Positions 49,351 to 62,735 of a stretch of 64,000 nucleotides of DNA are shown piece by piece (within the stretch, counting starts at the first letter, position 1; every line of letters starts with the position of its first letter). A program made the translations under genes and the position numbers. Below the pieces are notes generated by a model. It was given only the letters and a program-made list of their open reading frames with translations, did no database searches and had not been told where the DNA came from. The DNA is from Balanoglossus misakiensis (lineage: Eukaryota; Animalia; Hemichordata), in the NCBI GenBank assembly GCA_040954595.2, contig CM082578.2, positions 11,911,166-11,975,165 of the forward strand. Direction: 5' to 3'.

Positions 49351-51045
49351 AACTGGCAGTCGGACTTCTATTCTGTTTGTTTACTAACACCATTTTTCTT
49401 CCAAGCAACTTTGTAATGATAATGTGGGATCAGTGCTGCTGAGCAAAGGAGTACATTGCCACGATGTTTTGCTTGCCATCTTTCTTTTTCATTCATGGGA
49501 CATATTGGAAAACTCAAGACATTGTTGTCTTTTTTGTATGATGATAGGCAGTCAGTTTCGTCAAATCAATTTTTGCATTGACAAAAGAATATTTCAGTTG
49601 AAGATACTAGCTGAACAGGCTGTTCAGGAGAAACTCATCCCAGAATGTGACAAAATATGTGATAATTAATTTACATAACAATGAAATCCATTGTTATGCT
49701 AATAAAGCTTTGTTATTGGTATCCAACATGCTTTTATTGCTCTTGGGAAAACACAGTCAGGGCATAGAGTCAAACGTGAAAAGTTAGGAAACAGTTACTT
49801 AAATAATTGTTATCTGAGATCAGTATATTGACAATTAGAAAGCCAATGCCATAATTTCTACCCAAGTACTTGTGCTCTTCAAATCATGTATGTAACTATT
49901 CTCGGATGCAAGAAAAACACTTCATAGGTCAGAATATTTTCAAGTCACTTTCTTCAGTTTCTGTACTCCGTGTAATTAGATGAGATGCATCTGTGAACAT
50001 GATAAATTGTGATGAACTCAGAAATACAATGATATTCCTCTCTGAAGCAACAAATGAATTAATGGCTGTAGCTTCACTTTGAGATAATTTCATCAAATTT
50101 TTGGTAATATTCAAAAATGTTAGCGTTCCTCAATAACTGGGTTGTATATACCATCAAAAAGCCAATGTCACATTATTTTTTGTTTTGAAAGTGTATTTTA
50201 AATATGAAACAATTTTTTAACAACTAAGTTAAACTAGGATATCAATGCTAGTATTTGAAATTGTGATATATCTCAAAGACATGTATGATGTGCAGGTAAT
50301 GTGTTTGTTGATATTTGTATAAAATACAATGTTTATGATTTTTGAAGCAGTCATATCATAGTTTTACTGTCAAAGATTGTGTACAACTTGTAACTGCTAA
50401 GTGTTATAATAGTTCAAAAATATGTTTTTGTCAAACTTAAGACTTAACACAGATGTCTGAATGTTTAAGCCTTTCAGATTTAAAAGGGGGCTGTGGCTGA
50501 AAGGATTTACTTATTTGAGAGTTTTCTTTCCATTTTTCCTACTCTTGTTTTTGTTAATATTTTAGATCCAGTCTGTATCATTTACTTCTTTTCTTTACAT
50601 TGGGATAAATCAATAAAAGATTGAAACATATTAATATTAATTATACTATATTATAAATGATAATATGATTATTTTGGTAATTGACATAAGGAAACTGGTT
50701 AGTTGGTGTACTAGGCAATATCAATCAGTAAAATACAGTTTTTTATATCATCATCTCACTGTTGATTTTATTGTCTTTTTACTGGAGAATTATCACCTCA
50801 TTTCACTTTGAACTGGATGGCCATGAATTCATCAACTGTGACAGTACATAAAGTCTCTTCAATGTGTCTGAGGTTCAGATCTGGATTTGGCAGTACAAAA
50901 ATATCCTTGCATTTACAACTGGCCCCCAGACACTTGACAGTATTCCAATCAGCCCAGAAAGGTGCTGGAAAGCTGGTCTAAAGCAGGTCTATTCAGCATG
51001 TTCAATGAGGCCATGAGGCGAGCGCTAAAACTGAAAGGCGAAGGA

Positions 51046-51055
51046 CGCCATCTTG
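51046..51055 (+). promoter_or_regulatory. YY1-like motif (CGCCATCTTG) upstream of the TATDN2-like ATG
   Basis: Matches the CGCCATNTT consensus commonly found near transcription starts; about 120 nt upstream of ATG 51169. Confidence 0.4.
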
Positions 51056-51168
51056 GGTCAGAAACTGGGAAAATCGACAACGAGGCTGCAGAGGACTCGA
51101 TTGGATCGAGTGTGGATTGAAACAGAGACAGAAGTTTTGTGTTTTACTTTCCATTTCTACCCTCCGAC

Positions 51169-54100
51169 ATGAGTGGAAAATTTACCGACAGAAATGGGCG
51201 GCAAGGCATTAACAAACCAGACACAAATAGAGTCCAACAACGTCCTCGGGGGCGCGGGCACATCAATCCACATCCCGAGTGCAGGATACGGTGGCACAAA
51301 CCCAAACCCAAACCCGACATTTTTGATCGAGGTGAGTCGAATGGTGAACATATTATCAGCGCACGGCCGCCCCGTACGACACAAATCCCCGCTGACAAGT
51401 CACTAACGGTGGGATTAATGAAAAGTGACGGAACGGATGGTGTTAACTCAAATAGGGAAACCATCGTAGCGAGCGGGAGAACTGCGTTTGGTGGACGTGG
51501 GCGGGGTCTGATAAAAAGTCCACAAGGTGATATCGGGGATTCAGACAGTAGCGGTGAGACGCCACAAGCGACGAAAAGGTTGCGGAAGCCCAGCAAACCA
51601 CTAGGAATCACCTCCGCATTTTCTAACCCGAAGAGCGTGCTATCAAGACTCATACAAGAGAACGTGGAACACAGTAACCGGGTAGACAGAGAAACTGGGC
51701 CAGTTTTGTTACAGGTGGGCGTCTATCAGCATTTGTTGCGCGAAGCAGAATTGGACGTCAACTGTAACAGCAATTATCCACATGTGAAAAGTGAAGAGTC
51801 TGATGGTAGTAATGGAAAGAGTGTTTCAGTCAACTACACAGATGTAAATGGTCAGAGTGTGGTGGATAGTGGTAGTGATCTGCAGAGAAAACGCAAAAGA
51901 AATTGGAACTGGTCAAGTGGAAATGTACACAATGGTGAGTCATCAACACATGCTGGGAATAGTTCAACTTCAACACCTGAAGATGTCTCAGAAGTGACTG
52001 ATACATATGACAATGCCATGGTAACCAGTCAGCCAGGTGAGAAAGGAGAAATTTATGCACCCAACTCTACTGAGTTGAACTGGAAAGACACCAGTTACCT
52101 CTCTGGTCATAGCAAATCCAATGAGAGAGGTGTTGTCACGCAAAGCCCAGTAAAATATGATGCACAGAAGTCCCTAGTCTCCCTCGGTTCCAGTTATGAC
52201 GCAGGAGACCAGAGAAATCTTCTTGCAGAAAGCCCTGTGAAACGCGAGGCGAAGAACATCTCGGTGATCACTTCCAGTTGCCCTGTTGGTGAACTGCATA
52301 AAAATGCACTGGAAGAGTTGTGTGACTCCTACTGCCCAACAGATACCAGCGATAGCTGCAGTGACTGTGACGATGCCATAGAAACCTTGAGCCAGGACTT
52401 CAACGCTGAAAGCCGTGGTGCATCCCTACTTGACCAGCTTGACAGCAGTGTTTCCGATTTTCCTTCAGAGTCATTCAACACCCCCAGCAAGCCACTGGCA
52501 GATATGAGAATAGTCACGCCCAAATCAGAGAAAAGTCGGAACAACTCCGACAGGTCGGGAGATCACCGAGCCATACCGACCATCTGGATGCCAAGACCTG
52601 CCTCAGAAGAAGACCAGCGTCACGGCTGTTCGCTGAATACGTGGACCAGTTACTTGCAAGACCCAGGGATTGTGGGTTGGCTAGACAACAGTGTGAAGTA
52701 CGACAAATTCATTCCAAATCACATGGGCAGTGAGTCGCCTTATGGGTACAATATGAGATTGTCAGACGGAAATGATACAACCTGTAACGTACATGGCGGA
52801 AACATGGCATCTCCTTCCTTGGAAGCACTGCCCATGAGTCAGAGGAACGTCACTGCAACATCTATAGTTGATGCCACACCTGACCATGTGTGGCCTCCCT
52901 CCACACTTCTGAGCCAGGAAATCTCCAGTGATGACTGTGAGTCAAAAGAAGTGTTTAATTGGCTGTTCTCGGGGGAGAAAAATGAGAGTAGTGGAGAAGA
53001 CGTCGGCAGTGTGTCTACGAATCATGAGAACGTTGCTGATACAGTGGGCATATTGCAGGGAAGAGACCAGAAGAATGGTGATACTTCACCAGAAGCCCAG
53101 ATGAGGCCCAAACTACTGGTATCCCCTGAAGAAAGAGTGAGCCCCGCGGATAACCATCCATTGCAACGCAGGAAACCCGAATTGATATCAGCTGGGTATC
53201 CACAAGAAACCGAGAAAAATGGGGATGGTCCTGCAGTCAACCCCAACCTGGGCAATGTCATAGATGGAAGTGTCTACAACAGGCAGTGGACCAATGCCTA
53301 TGAGAGATACAACCAGACTCCAAAATTGATAAATAATATGTGCGTAGATGATGCGCCCCGTCAGTCATGGAGAAACAGACAGGGACCTGACTTCCTGCCA
53401 CATTACATGAAGGAAACCTCGCCATTTGCTGCATCTGACAGCACTTCCAGTAGTCCGTCGTCAATTACATCACCGTCATCTCTACCATACTACAAACGCG
53501 TGCAGCACTTGATGAATTCGACTGACTCCAGCACAGTCAACCGATTTGGATTCTTGGACACACACTGCCACATTGACTATCTGTTTCGCAGGCTGGATTA
53601 CAAAGGTACGTTCACTGCCTACATGCGAGAACACCAGTTTCCCCAAAGCTTCGATGGCTGCGTCGCTGTGTTCTGCGACCCTGACGCTTTCTACACGGGC
53701 AAGTGGAGAAGCCTGCTCAACGAAGACAAAGTATGGGGAGCATTTGGAATTCATCCGCACAGCTCCAATGGCTACAATGACATAGTGGAGAGGGGGATAA
53801 AAGAGGCCCTCAGTCACCCAAAAGCTGTTGCTCTGGGGGAGATTGGTTTAGACTTCTCTGACCACTGCCACTGTGATAAGGTAACCCAGTATATGGTGTT
53901 CGAAAGACAACTGCGACTGGCCATAGAGTTGGGAAAGCCGTTGGTGATACATTCTAGACAAGCCGAAAATGACACGACTGAGATTCTCAGGAGAGTGGTG
54001 CCACATGATTACAAGATTCACAGACACTGCTTCACTGGAACAACAGAGCAAGCAAGGTATGTTCACTTCTGGCTCTGAAATGCATGGGGGACTGCGAAGA

Positions 54101-55008
54101 ACGTTTTTCGTTCAAATGATGTGTGATAGTTGAATTATTTAGTTGATGAATCATAACAAACTATGTTTACCATCAGACCACAAAGATTTTAGTACATAGA
54201 ACATTTAGTGTGAATGGAAGCCAAGTATGTACTAATTGAATCATTGTGACATGCATCTTCATTTTTTTCCAGGCAAATATTGTCTGTATTTCCCAACTCG
54301 TATATTGGTCTGACTGCGCTGGTGACATACCACTCTGCGAAGCAAGTCCACAAAACGGCCATGGATATCCCTTTGGATAGGATACTACTGGAAACAGATG
54401 CTCCATTCTTTGTCCCTCAGCAAGTTAAGAAGGTAAGGGGGTGCATCTTTTATACTCACTCAGGCAGAGACCCAAGTAGTTTTCAGTCGCATCTCTGAAC
54501 TTACTGTGTAATGTGTGTAAGTTGGTCATGTTGATCTTTCATTTTCACTTTGCACATTTCTTCGTCACTTCATTTGCATGTAGTCATGCCATTACACTGG
54601 TACTGGTAGCCATATTTTTGGGCATACCCAAAATGTTGTCATAGTTACACTAAAAATTACATGTATGTACATTTGTATAGATGGAATAAGGAAAATATAA
54701 TTTATTGAGAGTGTGGGATCTTACACTTTCAGCATCCATTTAAATGTGTGCGGACATAATCATAAATTAAGATTGGTGATCATGATGATGTTAACAAATA
54801 CTGCCATTTATGTGATGAAAGGTGGGTTACTCAACTCACAAGTTTTGTCCTCTGTTCTTAAATATTACAGACAGACCGTTCAATAAAGTGGTCCAATCCT
54901 GGCATGGCTGTGTTTGTTGCCCAGCGTATAGCTGAACTGAAAGGCATCCCCGTGAGTGACGTGCTGACTACAACCAGGAAGAATGCCAAGGATATGTACG
55001 GAGTGTGA
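51169..55008 (+). CDS. TATDN2: TatD-family nuclease with long low-complexity N-terminus (TATDN2-like), 3 coding exons, about 1061 aa
   Basis: Exons 51169-54056, 54273-54432, 54871-55008. TatD motifs FLDTHCHID, AFGIHPH, ALGEIGLD, PLVIHSR, IHRHCFTG, LLETDAP; about 790-aa Ser/Asp-rich N-terminus. First ATG at 51169; the ORF track starts at a GTG at 51139. Confidence 0.9.
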
Positions 55009-55769
55009 ATTGTCAGCTGAAAAGTACGAATGAAACTTTAGCTGCAGGAAGGGAACATTTATTGTCATCAAATGAGCGAATGGAAAGCTTCAGATTTAGA
55101 TTGTATCTCTTGCAGCTATATGCCAGATGCCTTACCAGTCAGTTTTTAATGACTGTTTTGACCAATAGTGGTGTCATTCTAGACAAGAAGTTGTAGCAAC
55201 ATAGGACTTACTGAGGTAATACTTTTCTGAGGGTCACTTAATGTTAATTTGGTTCATAATACCTGATATGTATCATGTTTTTGTTGTTGTTTCCTAAACA
55301 AAATAAATATTGCCAAACTCAAATACTGTTTTATTTTGTCACTGGCCCCCATCGCAACAAGCAAAGCACAAACGCCCTCTATCCATAGAAACATGAATCT
55401 GTTTGGTTGACCCACAGACAAAGTGGTTGCCCAATGAAATTCTACCATCAACCTATTAATTTTGACTCCCCCCCCCCCCCCTCTCTATTACTATGCTTTG
55501 TTACAGGGAAAACGTAGTGCAGCCAGCGGTTGGAATGGGACAGGGAACCAGACTCACTGAGACTACAGCTGGCTGTCCTAAACCATATCTCAATTCTTTT
55601 GCTGTAGGACCAGATTTGACTTGCATATTCCAGATGGGGTATCATAATCGTGATAAAACAGGGTTCTCAATCTTTTGGAACTGAAGAAAGTCCCGGGACG
55701 AATACGCGCATTTATCCATGTAATGTGAATGTGCCAGGCTCGGTAATCTGAACTTGTGAACTTTAGTGA

Positions 55770-55777
55770 TGACGTCA
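55770..55777. promoter_or_regulatory. Full CRE palindrome TGACGTCA upstream of Shisa-like copy 1 (also 63635-63642 upstream of copy 3)
   Basis: Perfect CRE in the homologous position in two paralogues; degenerate TGACATCT in copy 2. Confidence 0.55.
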
Positions 55778-55856
55778 TCTGCCAGAACTATTTTCACAAC
55801 AGAGGAGAAGAGAAGCAACAGTCGAGTACTGGTAGCCGAGTAACACAGAGCACAGA

Positions 55857-57878
55857 ATGACGTCCACACTTTTTACAGCAGTTTTCTTGGCGGCAGGTAA
55901 AAACTTATCTGTAGTTAATTATTTCTAAATACCCGATGCGATCTTCGGTGCAAATAGCCGATTTGAAATCATTCGTGCTGTCATTTTAGACACGTTTCAA
56001 ACTCGACCATTTACTTTCGTTTTGCAAGTGGGTAAATGTGGATGCATGAGCTTTGCAACGCCATGTCGAATTTTGAGCGGAAGTGGCTGCGCTGTGATGA
56101 TAAACTGATGTACACGTTTGAAACCTATTTGCTGTATGATGTAGGTAGATTTTCTTATATAAGGCGCTAGGCTTTAAGAGACTGAACAGTCGTGTCGCAA
56201 AAGTGACTGCACGCAGCACACGAACAACGACCATGACCCCGAAATCGACCGCACCATAAAAGTTCCTTCCTGGAAAAGGCGAGGCAAACATGAAACACAA
56301 TGAGATGTGGCGCAGTGGCTGCATCCGCGTCATGCATGGGCTTGTAATGTAAATGCGTTCAATAAACCATGGCCATGAATAAACACAAGTTGCCATATAT
56401 CACAAAACCCCTTATAATACCATTAAAGTTGATCTAAATGTTATCTTACTACCTTAATTTATTGGTGGTTTCAAACCTATACACAGTTACGACAGTGTTC
56501 TCCCCAGAGCAATTATAGAAGGCAAAACAATAGAACTTAATAAACATAACACTTGTTTACATTGTTATGCAAATAAGACGCTACTCTATCCAAAATCTTG
56601 GGGAGAACACTGGTAACAGGACTGTCTGTGTGGTGAAAATCAATGCATGTATATACACTGTATATGCGTATATTTTAATTTTATCTGCATGTATGTCTGT
56701 CAGTGTGTACATGTATGTATGCATCCATCCATGTATGTACCGGTAAACATGTCAAAAGATGATGACCAAATCACCTTGACCCCTTTCAAACTGCTGAATG
56801 AACCTGCACGATTTTCACTGGGGTAATTCTTTCTTGCATTGCAGTGGGTGTGATCGCCGGTGAAACGTGCCTTGCATACTACGACAATAATGGGGATTGG
56901 CACGAGTCCTTCGAGTGTGACTCTTTGATTTTCGACAGAGGCACCTATTGCTGTGGCACGCTCACCCACAAGTACTGCTGCATTGACGAAGATGATAGGA
57001 TAAAAGAGGAAGACCAGCTCAGGTACGCAGTGAACAACTTTCCTTTAATTTAACCTCTTTAACTTCCACTTATAGTTATACATGCTGTTTAGAGTAGAAC
57101 AAAATATTGCATTTGGTTCAGAAAACAAAAAATATTGAAAATAAAGCCAAACATTACAACTAATGTCCCTTTGGCAAAATCCTTTGATTTTATATACATG
57201 TATTATTGTACTGCATTTGAGACAACTATGAGTACTGACAACTATCCGCAGGCGTAACAAACTTAATTTTTTTATTGTACATTGATTTTACAGTGCAGCA
57301 ATAATTGGAGTCATTGTCGGGGTTGTGGTGTTGGTGGTCATCATTGGTTTGATCATTTGCATTTGTGTGTGTTGCTGCAACGCCTGTGCTGAGTGCTGCA
57401 GAACCAGAACTACAACAACCTACGTCCACAGTAACGCCAACAGTAAGTTGTTTATGGGGCACAGCACCAGTGTCTTTCCATTGCTTGAAAACCTGTGATT
57501 GTCGGGCTGGCCACTCTCATCCATGGTGCCATTATGGTCCTTGACCTGTGATCACTAATTTTCTAAGATACATAGCCCACGCACCAGTGTGCACAGTGCC
57601 CTTTTGTGACTAAATCTTAATGCCTGCTCTAGATATTTTTGGAGAAAATAATATTTCTACAAATTGTGCGAAACTCAGCAATGCTTAGTTGCGTGTCCTC
57701 TTTTTGTAAACGAGATTTGTTTCTCTTGACTTTTTCCGCAGCATCACCCACTGTGGTTGTGGCATCTACCCAGCAATCATCCATCACTCCAGGTGTGGCT
57801 TACACACCCACGGTGGCCAGCAACCCCATGTACGCAGTTGGCCCCCACCCACCACCGCCATACCCTGGACAGAAGTAG
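55857..57878 (+). CDS. Shisa-like single-pass membrane protein, copy 1 (4 exons, 167 aa)
   Basis: Exons 55857-55896, 56845-57022, 57294-57442, 57742-57878. Signal peptide; six-Cys ectodomain ETCLAYYDNNGDWHESFEC..YCCGTLTHKYCC; TM segment; Cys-rich juxtamembrane CVCCCNACAECC; C-terminal PPPY. Confidence 0.88.
56493..56612. mobile_element. 120-bp MITE-like element with 14-bp TIRs CAGTGTTCTCCCCA / TGGGGAGAACACTG
   Basis: Perfect 14-bp inverted termini in intron 1 of Shisa-like copy 1; a related single end TGGGGAGAACACT occurs near 62207-62219. No clear TSD. Confidence 0.6.
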
Positions 57879-60800
57879 AATGGGAAAACAAGGCGTCCAG
57901 GCACATCTTGAAGATGTTCACCGCAAGAGGCTTGTTTTGAGTGTAGACGTTCTCTCAGCAACAATTAGCAATAGAGATTTTTAATCATTTATCAACTGAC
58001 ATGCCAGATTTTTTGTCTGTAATCAGGGCTTTGCCACCACAATTTAGTCTCTGTGATATATTTGCTTTCACAGTGTCAATTGCTTTTTCGCAGTGATTTT
58101 CACATTTATGGAGTGTTTTTATCATGGCCATACAGACACCACACACACACATTCAGTGAAGTACTGTAAAACATGCAGCTGCCATTTCACATTTGCTCAC
58201 AAACAGATCAACATATGCGATACCATGAATAGAAATTTCTGGTATTGACCCAACATCATAAAAGTGCCTTACCAATCTATCACCAAGGGTTACAGTAGGA
58301 GTTGTGTACTGTTTGTTACACATGTTTCAGTGTGTCAATTATATTGGTATCTCCCCCCTGTTTGGACTTCCATAACTTGTAGACCCTAGGCTGCCTGAAC
58401 AACTTAACCAGATTGGTGGGTGTTTTATCATAATTGATAGTACTGCATGCAATGTTAGTGTTAATACATACCCAGCAAAAGTGAAAACTTCAATGTTTGG
58501 AATTTTTCTGCAAACAGAGATCCTGTTGTGGAGTGCAGTTCACTATTCAGAGGCTGTTTTATGACAATTACACCTAAGTACATGTATATGTTTTACTCCA
58601 GGTTGTAACTCTATTACACGTTTTTTTAGAGGCTGTTTTTTTTTTACATTTACAACTGTAGGCATCTTGCAACTCTTCACAGTTTTGTTCAAAGTCAATG
58701 CCACTGCCTCTGTTCAGACATTTGAGATATGAAAATTTGATATTTTTAAGAAGGTCATCGTCACTTGCAAATATCCAGATGGACTAACATGTACTATGCA
58801 AAATCACATACCATCCAGCAAAGGAAAATTTGCATTTTGTCAGCCCCCCACCCCCAAAAGTCTGAGTCGATTTCTTGATCTGCTTGGGAAAATCTGGCTT
58901 TATACATTCTGTAATTGTCATAACAAAACCATATATCAGAAAATGAAAGACTGATATTTGAATTCCTTCTATGCATACAGTTAAACCCAAAACTTTGTAC
59001 CTCTTTCATATTGTTGAGGACTGTTACTGCATGTCAGTTTAACTAAAGTATTTACTTGTTCTAACGTTCATACATGTATTCATAAATATATATATTATTT
59101 TAGTAAGTTTGACTGGAAACCCTTATCCTGGGGATTTGCAGTGGTGTTATATTATTGTCAAATGATTCACAATTGTGGTTGAAAAAGCAAATGATCAAAT
59201 CATGAGAACATGAGAGTAACAGAAATCATGAATGGCTATTTTACAGATTAATTCTTGTTCTGTGTTTAAGTTTTTTTTCATGTTAATTTTTTTGATGTGT
59301 CACTGAAGGATATGCACATGTGTGCATGCATTTCAGTGTTCTTTTTTGGTTTCGTTTCCTGAAATGGATTTTTTATGCTGAGTTGCTTTACTCCAGGCGT
59401 TCTGGTTCTCTTGTTGATTAGAAAATTTTATAAAGCAAAATTAATCAATAAAGTTGTGATTAAGCGTACTGTTGGAGTGTTTTTGGTTTATTTAGTTTCT
59501 CATTCAAGTTTAAACACATGTATGGTGGAAGCTGTGGTACCATAGTTGGTCAATGCACATTTCCTACAGCAACCGTATTGTGGTACGACCAGTCAACTGG
59601 ACTTTGGATGTTGTCAAATTGATTTTAATAATGATTCTCGTTATAACCTTGCGCAGGTGAGCAAAATATGGCCCACCCCAAGGACAGGTTATAAAATGTG
59701 ACCCTCTCCAACTTCCTCTGGCCTACTGTAAACACGCCGTCGTAATTAGGGGATACGAGGACCCATACGCCACCGTGACCGATTACAATGTCGGTCCTCA
59801 CCTCGGCCGAGGTCACAAAATTACAATCACGCGACGCCAAGATTAGCCATGGAGAGACCATGGCGAAAAAGCGAGAAGAGAAAATTCGATGTAGCAGGAT
59901 TTATCCGTGTGATGGTCTACAATGTAGGGACTAGGGTATAGGAGTTAGGCTTGGTGAAATTTGTACAGTATCTCTGTAAAGGGTGAACTTTTTGTCAATC
60001 TCGTTCAGTCTCATAAACACGTCATAAATAAGGGTAATAAGTAAACACAGGAGTCGCGCTGGTAAATGCGTCGCTTAGTCACACCACTACCACACGAAAA
60101 ATCAATCAATCAATCAAACTTTATTATAATTTGTATTTCAGCAATTTACAACAGACCATAGACCCTAGAGAAAGTTTGGTGGCAAGTTTTCACATCACTA
60201 GTGGAGTCGACACGTGCCAAAGTAAGGAAGTCATGTCCAACTGTCCTAGGTGTTGATTATATACAAAAGAACATCGTTCTACAGATAATCCCCAAACCCT
60301 TTGATCTTTGCCGCAGTTGCGCGTCCTTCTGTTCAACCACGGCCACGGTCACTCCACACTGGAGCATGGAGGTACTAGAGAGACTGGAGTGACCGTGGTT
60401 CAACTGCCCAAAACACTGTTGATAAAATTTAGACTAGTACTCTAAAACGGCGACCAAGAAGCAAGTCAAACCACTTCACTTTTTACGCTAAGGAAGTTCC
60501 GTCTTTCATTTCAAATCTCCGCATGCACCCATTCACAACGTGAGTTTGGCCATGTCGAAACTCAGCGGTTTACTGGTTTAATTGTTTGAACTGTGACATT
60601 TGGTAACACAGCATAATTGGTAGAACAATAGCATTTGGAAGCTGTGAACTCGTGGCTTTACATAGTAGAGTGAACAATATGACAGATAAACAACACTCAT
60701 TTCCAATAAACTACAAGTGTATGGGCTTATACAAGTTAGAGAAGCCCTGCACTTGTTCCCTGATGATTTTACTGGTTTTAATCATTCTGTTTCTACTTTT

Positions 60801-61154
60801 CACATTTCCACACATACCAGCAAACCATTGAAAATGTTAAAATACTTTCGATTAATGAGTTAAAGAGAAACTTACACGTTTACTTTGAATTGATTTAATT
60901 TTCTCGGAAAAACAGACGTTACTGGCCCTTGCTAGAGACATAGACTGTCTATATGCTACAGATGATATCCGCAAACCTTCTGTTTATCATTTACAGAGAA
61001 TATTTGACAGAAACGTACACAGGTGTGACGCGGCTGCTTATCTTTTGCCCATCATGCTTCGGGGTATCTGTCCATTTCTGGTGAACTTTTGGGTGACATC
61101 TTCCCTCACAACTATTTTCACATGCACGGCGGAGAGGTCACGGCACGCAACACG

Positions 61155-62735
61155 ATGAAGTTCGCACTTTTCACAGCAGTTTTCTTGGCGGCAGGTAAAG
61201 TCTACACGCCTTTGTTTAATTACAAATTCATGGTTTGTAAATTCAGTGTGGTCACTTCTGGTACCGTATTGCGCATGTCCATCCTGTGTCTTCTTTCGTT
61301 TTGTTTCAACTCACAGACCTCTAGCTAGACCACCAGGAAGCTGGGCTATGTCGCCATCGTTGACAATTTCATGTTTTGTTAAATTATTTGATATCAGTTT
61401 GAAACTTCTGTGATATTTGATTAATTTTATGGAACAAATGCTAGTTAATGAAATGACATGCAAAAGAGTCACAGCCACCGACTAAAACGAAAGCAACGAA
61501 ATAGCATGACAACCGAGTTCGTGGAATAAATGAGTGTAGATGGTCTCAGTGGAAACCAAAGTAAAAGAAATTGCTGAAGATGTGTTCCAGGAGCAGCAGC
61601 AAATAAATAGGCTTTTGTAAATCTGTAAAAACAAGAACAATGGCATTAATAAATCCTGAGTTTCCTGGTTGGACAGTAGTGATTGTGGTATGTGCGTGTC
61701 AAATAGGATTATCAATATGTCACTTGGTGAGGTTGTTCGACAAAATATTAATTCATTCCAATGTATGGACTTCAAGTCTGAAATGTATCACTGCGATTCC
61801 ACTGGCTAAAGTTCTGTCGTTTCCAAGGGAAGATTACAGTGGGTGTCACTGAGCAGCGATAGACAAATAATCGGGTTGATAACTAAACATGCATTTTTTT
61901 CTGTTACAGTTGGTTTGATTAGTGGTGAGACGTGCCTTGGTTACTTTGATCTTAGCGGCGACTGGCATGACTCCTTTGAGTGTGACGGTATCGATGACGG
62001 AGGCATTTACTGTTGCGGTACTATCACCGACAAATATTGCTGTTATGATGAAAATGACAGGATTGAAGATGAAGAGCAGCTCAGGTACATGTACTTAAAA
62101 CTCTGAAGGAGCGTTTGTTTTTGGGCTCTCATTGTTTTCCAATGCTTCTAACTTTTATTGGTGTGTTATAAGTGATTGTTACGATAAAGAGTTTCTATTG
62201 TGGTTCTGGGGAGAACACTTAGATTATTGTTCGACTTTTTCTCACCAGGGAAATCTAACTGTTTCTCGATCTCAAATACTGTGATCACAAACCGTGATTA
62301 TTTGCACCGATTGTACCTTTCAGCGGAGCAATCATTGGACTCATTGTCGGAGTAGTCGTTTTGGTGATCATCATTGCCGTGGTTACCGCCGTCTGTGTGT
62401 GTTGCTGCAACTGTTGTGCTGCCTGCTGCTGCCGCAGACCCTCAACTACCTACGTCACTGCCCCCAACGGTGAGTTTGATTACTAAAATTATACTAATGC
62501 TCTATTCAAGTAGACAATCCCTTTCTTCAAAAATGATAGAGTTTACTTCAAATCAATGATATGTTTTTGCTTTCATTTCTCTGTGACAGAGCCCACTGTG
62601 GTTGTGGCCGCGTCTTCCCAGCAATCATCCATCACCTCGGGTACGGCATACATGCCAACGGCGGCTCAAAATCCGATGTATCCAGTGGCCCAGTATCCAC
62701 CGCCATATCCTGAGCACAGTGGGCAGAAGTACTAG
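61155..62735 (+). CDS. Shisa-like single-pass membrane protein, copy 2 (4 exons, 168 aa)
   Basis: Exons 61155-61194, 61910-62084, 62324-62469, 62590-62735; same intron phases as copy 1; ETCLGYFDLSGDWHDSFEC..YCCGTITDKYCC; TM; YPPPY. Confidence 0.88.

Noticed and set aside
50941-51120. Short ORF (MFNEAMRR...SVD*) upstream of the TATDN2-like ATG, and ATATCCTT at ~50901 as a possible U12 donor
   Set aside because: No recognisable homology, overlaps the likely promoter (YY1 motif), and no U12 branch site or matching acceptor was found.
57876-57912. Stop-codon readthrough in the Shisa-like genes
   Set aside because: TAG-A context is not a leaky-stop consensus, and the downstream frame is not preserved between paralogues.
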